Virus record (IMG/VR): IMGVR_UViG_3300020181_000007
Location: 1-38,274 of that record
DNA: 38,274 bases
From: a virus
Taxonomy: Duplodnaviria > Caudoviricetes
Reading direction: 5' to 3' (one strand)
Of this stretch, positions 16,792-23,605 are shown one piece after another. The first letter of the stretch is position 1. Each line of letters starts with the position of its first letter. The notes beneath the pieces are model-generated. The model made no database searches and was not told the origin of the DNA. It was given only the letters and a program-made list of their open reading frames with translations. A program made the position numbers and the translations under genes.

Positions 16792-17180
16792 GCGCGTTCA
16801 GGGAATGGGCCGACGCGGACCTAGAGGCCGAAGAGACCCGACTAGAGAAGTTGCTGAACAGCGATAACGAGCCACGGGTGCAAGGCATCGCCAAGTTTCT
16901 CGGCGCGCTCGACGCAGAGCTTTCCAGGCGGGTCGGTCTCGCGCTCGACGGGGAACATCATCGCTATGACGCTCTGGCCGCTGTGGCGGCGGTCATCGAC
17001 CCTAGGGCGTTCGCGCCGCCCTGTTCGAGCAACCTTCTGGCCCGGTTGCTGGGCCGAATGGACGAACAGCGCGCGCGGGCCATGATCTTGGCCGAGCGTT
17101 CGATTGCTGCGTTCACCAGCCTCCGTTCGAACCCGGCGGAAGCCCCCTCCCAGCAGCAGGGAGACGAGAGCCGTGGATAA
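16788..17180 (+). CDS. Hypothetical protein
   Basis: ATGA-coupled start MSAFREWADADL; 130 aa. Confidence 0.62.
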   Translation: MSAFREWADADLEAEETRLEKLLNSDNEPRVQGIAKFLGALDAELSRRVGLALDGEHHRYDALAAVAAVIDPRAFAPPCSSNLLARLLGRMDEQRARAMILAERSIAAFTSLRSNPAEAPSQQQGDESRG

Positions 17181-17556
17181 CCTAGAAGCCCTCAAGCTCC
17201 GGGTACAGGAGGCGATGCCGGTTCGGGTGCGGCTGGAGCGCACGAAAGGCTGGCGGATGCCACCTAACACCGTGAAGGTGGATCGCACGACGCGCTGGGG
17301 CAATCCTTTCCCTATTCAGGATGAGGGACCGCTCGGCCGTATCGCTCCCGATGCCGAGGGGGCCACCGGGTTCTTTCGGGCGATGCTGCGCGATCCGGAA
17401 CTTCGCGCCGCGGCGGGCTATCCGACCGACCTGTCGCCATTGCGGGGCAAGAACCTGGCCTGCTGGTGTTCGGGGCCACATTGCCACGCTGACGTTTTGC
17501 TGGAGATGGCGAACCCCGCCCTTTCCTCCCCAGACCGCCAGAGGGGGGAGCCGTGA
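17173..17556 (+). CDS. DUF4326 domain protein
   Basis: VDRTTRWGNPF...LRGKNLACWC..CHADVLLE. Confidence 0.85.
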   Translation: MDNLEALKLRVQEAMPVRVRLERTKGWRMPPNTVKVDRTTRWGNPFPIQDEGPLGRIAPDAEGATGFFRAMLRDPELRAAAGYPTDLSPLRGKNLACWCSGPHCHADVLLEMANPALSSPDRQRGEP

Positions 17557-17897
17557 CACCGACCGTCCTGACCTTCGAAGAGGTGAAAGCCGCGCTCCGG
17601 GTCAGCGACAAGACCTTGCGCGGCATCCTGCAACGGCGCGAACTGCCCGGCCGGAAGGTCGGAGCGACCTGGCGCGTGCGATCTGACGACCTGGAGGCCT
17701 ACCTGTGTCCCTCTACAAGCGCGGAGACGTCTGGCACTACGACTTCCAGTACGGCGGCTACCGCTTCCGGGGAACAACAGGCGAAACCAGCAAGCCGAAG
17801 GCCGCGCGTGTTGAAGCTGAGCGCCGGCAAGAGGCCGAGCGAACCGTCAAGCTGGGAGGTCGCGCTGAGCGCGCGCCGCTCACCCTCCGCGAGGTAG
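17553..17897 (+). CDS. xis: Excisionase-like HTH protein
   Basis: LTFEEVKAALRVSDKTLR..ELPGRKVGATWRVRSDDLEAYL; immediately upstream of and overlapping int. Confidence 0.82.
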   Translation: MTPTVLTFEEVKAALRVSDKTLRGILQRRELPGRKVGATWRVRSDDLEAYLCPSTSAETSGTTTSSTAATASGEQQAKPASRRPRVLKLSAGKRPSEPSSWEVALSARRSPSAR

Positions 17898-18838
17898 CCG
17901 ATAAGTGGTTTGCATCGCAGGTCGCCGGCAAGAAGACAGCCCTGACGACGGCAATGCGGCTCAAGATCCTGTTCCGCCACATCGACCCAGATCTCCCGGT
18001 GTCGCAGGTCGGCTCCAGGGAGATCGCTGACGCCATCCTCTCCCGGCGCGTCGAGCCCATCCGCCAGAGCCCCAAGAACGGCGAGCCGCGTCTGCCGACG
18101 AACGCTACGGTCAACCGGGACCTGATCGACAGCACCCTGCGGCCGATCCTCAACTTTGCCGAGGACACGCTTGAGCAGGAGGTGAAGCGCATCAAATGGG
18201 CCAAGCATCGCCTGAAGGAGCCGAAGGGCCGCGTCCGCAGCTTCTCGGCTGAGGAGATAGAGGCGTGGCGCGCGGAGCTGCCGGAATGGCACCGGCCGGT
18301 GTTCGACTTCATCGGTCGCTACGGCGTGCGCCTGGATGAGGCCTTCTTCCCCCCATCTGCCGTGAACATAGAAATTGGCGAGGTCATCCTCACCGATACG
18401 AAGAACGGCCTCGACCACCCGCTGCAGGTCCTCGACAGCGACCTGCCGGACCTTGCCGCCCGCAAGGGCCGTGCCCAGGCTGCGGGGCTCCCGACGATCT
18501 GGTTCAGGGATGAGGCGGGGGAGCTAACCCCGATCCACTGGCGCGCCTTCCAGTCTGCGTCCAGGGCGGCCCTCGACCGTGCGGGCATCCTGAACGCTCG
18601 CCCTGCCCATGACCTACGCCACCACGCAGCGACGACGCTCTATCGCGCCACGGGCAACATCAAGCTCGTGCAAGATTTGTTGAACCACCAGAACATCGCC
18701 AGCTCGGCTCGGTACGCGCACACGAACAAGGCGGACCTGCGGAAGGCGCTTCGGGAGACATATGCCACAAAATCCCCCACAGAGGCGGCTGTGGAGGCAG
18801 AAACGCCAATGAAAACAATCGGCGGGAACGGAACCTAA
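17705..18838 (+). CDS. int: Tyrosine integrase
   Basis: N-terminal arm-binding domain; catalytic R (GVRLDE), K (TKNG), HDLRH, LNHQ and Y (SARYAH). Confidence 0.95.
   Translation: MSLYKRGDVWHYDFQYGGYRFRGTTGETSKPKAARVEAERRQEAERTVKLGGRAERAPLTLREVADKWFASQVAGKKTALTTAMRLKILFRHIDPDLPVSQVGSREIADAILSRRVEPIRQSPKNGEPRLPTNATVNRDLIDSTLRPILNFAEDTLEQEVKRIKWAKHRLKEPKGRVRSFSAEEIEAWRAELPEWHRPVFDFIGRYGVRLDEAFFPPSAVNIEIGEVILTDTKNGLDHPLQVLDSDLPDLAARKGRAQAAGLPTIWFRDEAGELTPIHWRAFQSASRAALDRAGILNARPAHDLRHHAATTLYRATGNIKLVQDLLNHQNIASSARYAHTNKADLRKALRETYATKSPTEAAVEAETPMKTIGGNGT
18765..18781 (+). repeat. Putative Int arm-type site, copy 1
   Basis: CCACAAAATCCCCCACA, identical to 18986..19002; the two copies flank the att core. 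Confidence 0.75.
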
Positions 18839-18871
18839 ATCCAGTGCGTCTACCAGTTCCGCCACACCCGC
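18830..18871 (-). tRNA. attP identity block: 5' half of tRNA-Leu(TAG) (fragment)
   Basis: Minus strand GCGGGTGTGGCGGAACTGGTAGACGCACTGGATTTAGGTTCC gives the acceptor 5' strand, D arm and anticodon loop. No T arm or CCA follows. Confidence 0.9.
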
Positions 18872-18883
18872 GTTCCGCCGTGG

Positions 18884-18912
18884 GTCTTATGACACAAGGA
18901 ACTGCGCTTCAA
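18884..18912 (-). promoter_or_regulatory. Phage-borne promoter for the reconstituted tRNA-Leu
   Basis: TTGAAG-N17-TAAGAC, 12 nt upstream of tRNA position 1; alphaproteobacterial style lacking -7T. Confidence 0.65.
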
Positions 18913-18943
18913 CCAACCATCGCACCCGCCCTCGCCGGGCCGG

Positions 18944-18958
18944 GAACGCGCGGAGAAC
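18944..18958. promoter_or_regulatory. Alphaproteobacterial LexA-type box
   Basis: GAAC-GCGCGGA-GAAC (GAAC-N7-GAAC). Confidence 0.6.
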
Positions 18959-18985
18959 GTGGGGGGTCTGCGGCACCCGCTGTCC

Positions 18986-19002
18986 CCACAAAATCCCCCA
19001 CA
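18986..19002 (+). repeat. Putative Int arm-type site, copy 2
   Basis: 17/17 identity with 18765..18781. Confidence 0.75.
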
Positions 19003-19006
19003 CGAC

Positions 19007-19021
19007 GTTCGCGGAGCGTTC
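19007..19021. promoter_or_regulatory. Alphaproteobacterial LexA-type box
   Basis: GTTC-GCGGAGC-GTTC (GTTC-N7-GTTC), 53 nt upstream of the ATG at 19075. Confidence 0.6.
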
Positions 19022-19074
19022 CGTGTGATCGAGGGGCGCTTGATCACCCCTGCCTCTCCGATCATGGTCGGCCG

Positions 19075-19389
19075 ATGTCACCCCGACACCCCTGGTACGA
19101 TCACACCGTCGGCCTCTGCGTCGAGAAGTGCTGGCGGATATCGCTGAAGTGCGCCAACCCGGCCTGCCTGCACGGCTCCGACTTCTCGGTTCAGAAGCTC
19201 CGTGACCTTCCGCAGATGATGACGCTGGGCACACTCGCGAACAGCGCTCATTGCAAGGTCTGCGGGCACGTCGGGGCCGAGGTGAACCACTACCAGGACG
19301 GCTTCGCGACCAGCGAGCGGGACTATAGCCGAGCATCGGCCGAAGAGGCTCAGCGAGCGAAGGCTATGGAGCCGTACAAGAAGCCCTAA
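19075..19389 (+). CDS. Putative zinc-ribbon protein (104 aa)
   Basis: CANPACLH...CKVCGH Cys pairs; ATG at 19075. Confidence 0.7.
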   Translation: MSPRHPWYDHTVGLCVEKCWRISLKCANPACLHGSDFSVQKLRDLPQMMTLGTLANSAHCKVCGHVGAEVNHYQDGFATSERDYSRASAEEAQRAKAMEPYKKP

Positions 19390-19422
19390 AAAGCAAAGGC
19401 CCCGCACACGACCGGCGGGGCC
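19388..19422 (-). terminator. Hairpin terminator (possibly bidirectional)
   Basis: GGCCCCGC...GCGGGGCC stem next to an A-run. Confidence 0.55.
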
Positions 19423-19566
19423 ATCAACTATCCGTTTCTCGATGATCCGAGTGCGCGCCCCGCGCTGCGATCTACATGATAGCTCCGGTCTGGGACTGGG
19501 TTATCAGGCGAGCCGCAGCCCGCGTTGTCAGGGCGTTGAGAGTATCGCATAACGCTGACTCGTCAA

Positions 19567-19752
19567 ATGAAATTGGCCCCCATGACACACATCACCCCCG
19601 TCCCGACCGGCCACTACTGGGTTCGCCTGTTCGAGGCTGACGAGGACTGGCAACCGGCCTACATCGACGCGGGCGAGGTGTTCATCATCGGGGCCGCAGA
19701 GAGCTTCCGGCAGATCGCGGAAGTCGGCCCGGAGATATTGGCCCCAGAATAG
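19567..19752 (+). CDS. Small hypothetical protein
   Basis: 61 aa; PTGHYWVRL..WQPAY..EVGPEI. Confidence 0.65.
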   Translation: MKLAPMTHITPVPTGHYWVRLFEADEDWQPAYIDAGEVFIIGAAESFRQIAEVGPEILAPE

Positions 19753-19780
19753 AAAAACCCCCGGCGCGAACCGGGGGCTT
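19753..19780 (-). terminator. Terminator of the late/lysis operon
   Basis: CCCCCGG-TTCGCG-CCGGGGG followed by TTTTT on the minus strand. Confidence 0.8.
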
Positions 19781-19855
19781 AGGCAACGTTCTGAGTGGTT
19801 TGGTCAGAGGAGCGTCGCCGCTCGACTCCAACGGTATAGCTGGGGCGATGTTCCG

Positions 19856-20152
19856 TCAGCTATCCGGCGGGGGACAGTTGATGTCGGGCATGCCGCCGGC
19901 CTCGGCCCATCGGCAGAGACGGCCGACCTGACGGGCCAGCCCCTCGCCCCACATCTCAATGGCGATGTTGTGCCGGTTCAGCGCCTCCGACGAACTGAGC
20001 GCTTCAGCGGAAAGTCGGGGCTTGGGCGACACCTGCAGATCCGCGGCAGGCGGGTAGGTCTGAAACGTCGGTGCCTTGTGCGCGCAGGCGGGCGCAGCCA
20101 AGAGCGACATCACTAGGAGTGGGGGCAGAGTCAGCGACTTCGGCGACAGCAT
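19856..20152 (-). CDS. o-spanin (Rz1-like lipoprotein)
   Basis: Lipoprotein signal ending LLAAPAC; Pro-rich; overlaps the i-spanin in another frame. Confidence 0.78.
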   Translation of the reverse strand: MLSPKSLTLPPLLVMSLLAAPACAHKAPTFQTYPPAADLQVSPKPRLSAEALSSSEALNRHNIAIEMWGEGLARQVGRLCRWAEAGGMPDINCPPPDS

Positions 20153-20405
20153 CGGTTAGCTCCTGCTTCAGGTCTGCAACGGCTGCGGCGTCTGCGAGAC
20201 GTTCCCCCGCAGCGACTTCCTTGGCCGCGCTGTCCGTCTTCAGCGCTTCTGTGATGGCGACCGCACGGGCGGCTTGCTCGCGCTCCTGCGCCTGCTTGGC
20301 TCCTGAGCATTGGCCGAGCGGGAATGTCACCACAGCGCCGATGACCAGCCCGACACCGGCCTTCCACCACGAACGCGCGAGCCCGGCAGCAGCGAGCGGG
20401 ATCAT
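20004..20405 (-). CDS. i-spanin (Rz-like)
   Basis: ATGA-coupled to the endolysin; N-terminal TM then Ala-rich coiled coil. Confidence 0.78.
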   Translation of the reverse strand: MIPLAAAGLARSWWKAGVGLVIGAVVTFPLGQCSGAKQAQEREQAARAVAITEALKTDSAAKEVAAGERLADAAAVADLKQELTDAVAEVADSAPTPSDVALGCARLRAQGTDVSDLPACRGSAGVAQAPTFR

Positions 20406-21094
20406 GACCATTCCCCTTTGCGCAAGGCTTCCTGAAAGACGACGGCGTACCCGGCGATCAGGTCGGCCTTGTCGGTCCCGTTGATGATCCGGCGGGCGTT
20501 GGCGAACTGCTGGCGCGTCGCGAGCGGCGGCAGGTAGTGGTTCAGGCTCTTGCCGGTGAACCACCCCTCGTCCATGCCCCGGCGCAGGATGTTGGCGGCG
20601 ATGACGGGATCGAGCGCGAGGTCCGGGTTTTCGACCAGGGGCGCGCCTAGCTCTTCCTCGGCCTTCTGATAGTTCGCCAGCCACGTCAGTTGCACATAGC
20701 CCCGGCCATAGTAGGTACGGCCGGAGCCTGGCGGGTCCTCCGCTCCGTACTTGCGGCCCTTGCCTCGCCCGTACTCCCGGATCGGAGCCATGGTCCCTGC
20801 GGTCTCGTGGTAGGCGGTCGCGAGAGCGTAGGCGGTCCAAGACAGCGGCCAGCCGACACAAGCCGTCAGGATCGCCTCGCAGCCCGTCACCTCCTGCTGC
20901 GTCAGCACCGGGCCGAGGACGTTGGTCGTGCGGAGATGGTCGTAGAACTTCGATGCCGCCTTCAGGCTATGCGCGAGAGGCGGTGCAGCAGGCGCAGGAA
21001 CGGGCGGAAGCGGCACATCCAGCAGGGCGGCGGCTTCTACGGCGTCAGCGGCGTCCCTGAGCCGTCCCAGGGCTTCCTTGAGCGCGGGGCTCAT
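20402..21094 (-). CDS. Endolysin, glycoside hydrolase family 19-like
   Basis: AYALATAYHET..PIREYG, YYGRGYVQLTW..NY, ARRIING.DKA. Confidence 0.92.
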   Translation of the reverse strand: MSPALKEALGRLRDAADAVEAAALLDVPLPPVPAPAAPPLAHSLKAASKFYDHLRTTNVLGPVLTQQEVTGCEAILTACVGWPLSWTAYALATAYHETAGTMAPIREYGRGKGRKYGAEDPPGSGRTYYGRGYVQLTWLANYQKAEEELGAPLVENPDLALDPVIAANILRRGMDEGWFTGKSLNHYLPPLATRQQFANARRIINGTDKADLIAGYAVVFQEALRKGEWS

Positions 21095-21390
21095 GGCCTC
21101 ACACGATCATCGGGAGGAAGCTCGCCATCCGGCGCAACGCCAGGAGCGTTGATGGTCGGTTGGTCGCCGGTCGCCACGACGCTCGGCTGCTCTGCAATGC
21201 GGCGCACGACGTCGCCGTTGGACTTCGATCCGCTAGAGGACCCGAGGAAGTAGCCCCACGCCCCGGCGAAGCCTGCGATCAGCGCCCCCTTCATGACCTC
21301 GTTCGTTGGGTCCATGAAGTAGGCCACCGCGAACACCAGGATGATGATGAGGGCGATGATGAGCTGAGGGCTCGGCGTCGAGGCGTTCAT
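21091..21390 (-). CDS. Two-TM holin-like protein
   Basis: Two hydrophobic helices then GYFLGSSSGSK; directly before the endolysin. Confidence 0.65.
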   Translation of the reverse strand: MNASTPSPQLIIALIIILVFAVAYFMDPTNEVMKGALIAGFAGAWGYFLGSSSGSKSNGDVVRRIAEQPSVVATGDQPTINAPGVAPDGELPPDDRVRP

Positions 21391-21737
21391 AGCCAGTCCT
21401 TTGCACGGTCGTGGAGGCCCGCCCCGCGTTGCCGCCCCAAGGCTTCAGAGACTGCTCGGCCCTGCCGTTTTGTGCCCTGATGCTCCACCCACCACGGATA
21501 GATGAAGCGCTTGAGGAAGATGCCGGCGAGGAAAGCGCGCGAGAGGTTGAACGACCACGCGTCAAAGGGTGTGGTCCAGAAGATCGCGGGCGTGGTGAGG
21601 AGCATCGAACCGCCCAGCCCTGCAAGGCATAAGCGGTCGATCCAGTCGTAGCGGTCCTCGTGCCGGATTACGGCGACGAAGCAGCTCACCGCGACGATGG
21701 TCCCGAGGGCCGCGCTCAACAGCAGCGTGAGGCTCAT
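21387..21737 (-). CDS. Three-TM membrane protein (holin/antiholin candidate)
   Basis: 116 aa, hydrophobic, coupled within the lysis cassette. Confidence 0.6.
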   Translation of the reverse strand: MSLTLLLSAALGTIVAVSCFVAVIRHEDRYDWIDRLCLAGLGGSMLLTTPAIFWTTPFDAWSFNLSRAFLAGIFLKRFIYPWWVEHQGTKRQGRAVSEALGRQRGAGLHDRAKDWL

Positions 21738-22057
21738 TCTTCAGGCCCCTTCGGCTTGGCGAGGGAAAGGCCCCCGACCCGCTGCGAAACGAGTTTGATG
21801 ACGATGGGAACGACGCTGTTGGCCGACATGCCGATGACGTAGAGCGCCGCCGAAGACTCCGGGGACACGTCCATCCCCAGCCGCCGCAGGATGAACTCGC
21901 CGCAGAACATCGTGGCCGTCAGGCCGATGAAGAAGCTCGAGAGCTTCCCCTGCACGGTCAGGCCCTTCTGAACGAGAACGCCTGTCAGCGATCCGGCGAC
22001 AGCCGCCACAAACAGCCAGGCTTTCGTGTAACCCACACCCCACAGCCCATCTTCCAT
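21734..22057 (-). CDS. Holin-like membrane protein
   Basis: 107 aa, three hydrophobic segments, basic C-terminus. Confidence 0.65.
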   Translation of the reverse strand: MEDGLWGVGYTKAWLFVAAVAGSLTGVLVQKGLTVQGKLSSFFIGLTATMFCGEFILRRLGMDVSPESSAALYVIGMSANSVVPIVIKLVSQRVGGLSLAKPKGPEE

Positions 22058-22086
22058 TCACCGGCCCTCACGTCTCGTCTCGCGGC

Positions 22087-22572
22087 TCACTTGTCGGGGC
22101 CTTTCGAAGGCCGAGAACGATGACGAGCGCGAGGAACAGGAAAAGCGCGGTCGAAAACACGGCCTGCCACATGTTCAGCTCCGGGCCACGCGACGCACCA
22201 GATTTGCGCCACAAGAAGGAGATTAACCCAGAGTTGATAATTGTAGAGCCGCGGCGCAGGGATGTGGCCGGTCCAATATTGGACGTGCAGGAAGCTCTGG
22301 CCGAAGTAGGTGAAGACCAGCATCAACAGCCATGGGTGGCGGTTTCTGCTCCAGAGCCCCATGCACGTTGCACCGAACACCGCGTCCAGCACCGCCCAGC
22401 TGAGAAGGATCTCGTCAGCGTGGGCGGCGACCGGCGCGGTGACGACGGCGACGACCCAGCCTATGCCCAGCATGGCGACACAGGCGGTGGACAGGCTCCG
22501 CGTGGGAGACTTCCCCGCCAGAATGGCCGCCACCCCAAGGGCGAGGCCGAAGCCGACGCCGACGCCCGTCAC
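22087..22572 (-). CDS. Multi-pass (~5 TM) membrane protein
   Basis: GTG coupled to the upstream stop (GTGA); 161 aa; intramembrane D, Q, H, Y and N residues. Confidence 0.7.
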   Translation of the reverse strand: MTGVGVGFGLALGVAAILAGKSPTRSLSTACVAMLGIGWVVAVVTAPVAAHADEILLSWAVLDAVFGATCMGLWSRNRHPWLLMLVFTYFGQSFLHVQYWTGHIPAPRLYNYQLWVNLLLVAQIWCVAWPGAEHVAGRVFDRAFPVPRARHRSRPSKGPDK

Positions 22573-22790
22573 GGGGTCTTGTCTCCCCCGGAGAAGACGG
22601 TGATGTCGCCATTGCCGAGGGCGGCGTTGCCGATGTCCTGGGCCAGAAGGTGCGCCGCGCGGGCGCGGAGGATTAGCTTCTCTTTGTTCGGGATCGTCGC
22701 GGCGTGGATCCGGCGCTTCAGGTCGGCGAACCACGCCTCCCCTTCAGCTCGGAACTCGTCGTTGGTCTGGGTAGAGTAAGCAGTAGGCAT
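22569..22790 (-). CDS. Small protein (73 aa) ending FSGGDKTP
   Basis: AAGGGA RBS; AT-rich upstream region. Confidence 0.72.
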   Translation of the reverse strand: MPTAYSTQTNDEFRAEGEAWFADLKRRIHAATIPNKEKLILRARAAHLLAQDIGNAALGNGDITVFSGGDKTP

Positions 22791-22849
22791 AGCGTGTCCC
22801 TTCGTGAGAGACTTTGTTCTATCTTATTCGCGCGGGTTTCGCGGTAATT

Positions 22850-23605
22850 TCAGGCGTCGCCAGCGTTGTCGGGGTAACTTCTGCCGCCGCCCCACATCAA
22901 CCTGAGGCCACCGTTCTGCCCGTTCTGATCGGCCCGCCCCCCCGCACCGCACTTCGGGCTGCCGAGCGATCCGGGTGAGAAGGTGGGCGTCCTGCCCTTC
23001 AGGCCAACGCCTTCGCCTTGTCCGTCGACACCAGACCACCCTGTCGGTATACCATCAGCGTCACCGCCCCGGCCGCCGCCGCTGTCCACATCGGGCATCG
23101 TGCCGTTCCGGGTGTCGTAGAAATCCCCGCCCTGGCCGCCGTTGCCCATGTAGCCGGCCGCGCCAGCGCCAAGCCCCCCGTTGCCCGCGGTCCCGACAAC
23201 AGTGCCGCCTTCTCCACCACCGCCGCCGTAGAGGTCGAACCGCCCCCGGCCTCGTCCGAACGGAGACCCGCCCGTCGCACGAAGCAGATAGGTAGCGCCG
23301 CGCTTCAGCGCGCTCTCGCCGCCAATTGTTGCGACGCCGGCCACACCACCGCCGCCGACGACTACCGAAAGTTCTTCACCGGGCGTCACCGGGATGCCAT
23401 TGCGCCAGTGAAGCCCGCCGCCACAGCCCCCGAACCAGGGCTCCGCGTTCGGGCCGCCACCGCCACCGCCGACCGAAACGCCACACAAGGTGTGGACGCC
23501 AGCCGGCACGATGAAGGAATAGGTCCCCGGCGTCGTCCATTCCTGCTGGCCCGGGGGCGTCGCGCCGAGCAGGCTGGTCATCATCAGCTTGCGGGCGAAG
23601 CTCAC
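22850..23605 (-). CDS. Glycine-rich receptor-binding/adhesin protein
   Basis: GTG coupled start MSFARKLMM; EWTTPGTYSFIVPAGV..GGGGGG..IPVTPGEELSVVVGGGG. Confidence 0.75.
   Translation of the reverse strand: MSFARKLMMTSLLGATPPGQQEWTTPGTYSFIVPAGVHTLCGVSVGGGGGGPNAEPWFGGCGGGLHWRNGIPVTPGEELSVVVGGGGVAGVATIGGESALKRGATYLLRATGGSPFGRGRGRFDLYGGGGGEGGTVVGTAGNGGLGAGAAGYMGNGGQGGDFYDTRNGTMPDVDSGGGRGGDADGIPTGWSGVDGQGEGVGLKGRTPTFSPGSLGSPKCGAGGRADQNGQNGGLRLMWGGGRSYPDNAGDA

Noticed and set aside
18830-18871. Complete phage-encoded tRNA gene
   Set aside because: It lacks the variable arm, T arm and 3' acceptor/CCA; it is an att fragment
22816-22830. LexA box upstream of the 73-aa gene (also GTTC pairs at 10517-10529)
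   Set aside because: Spacing is N6 with a mismatch, or N5, rather than N7
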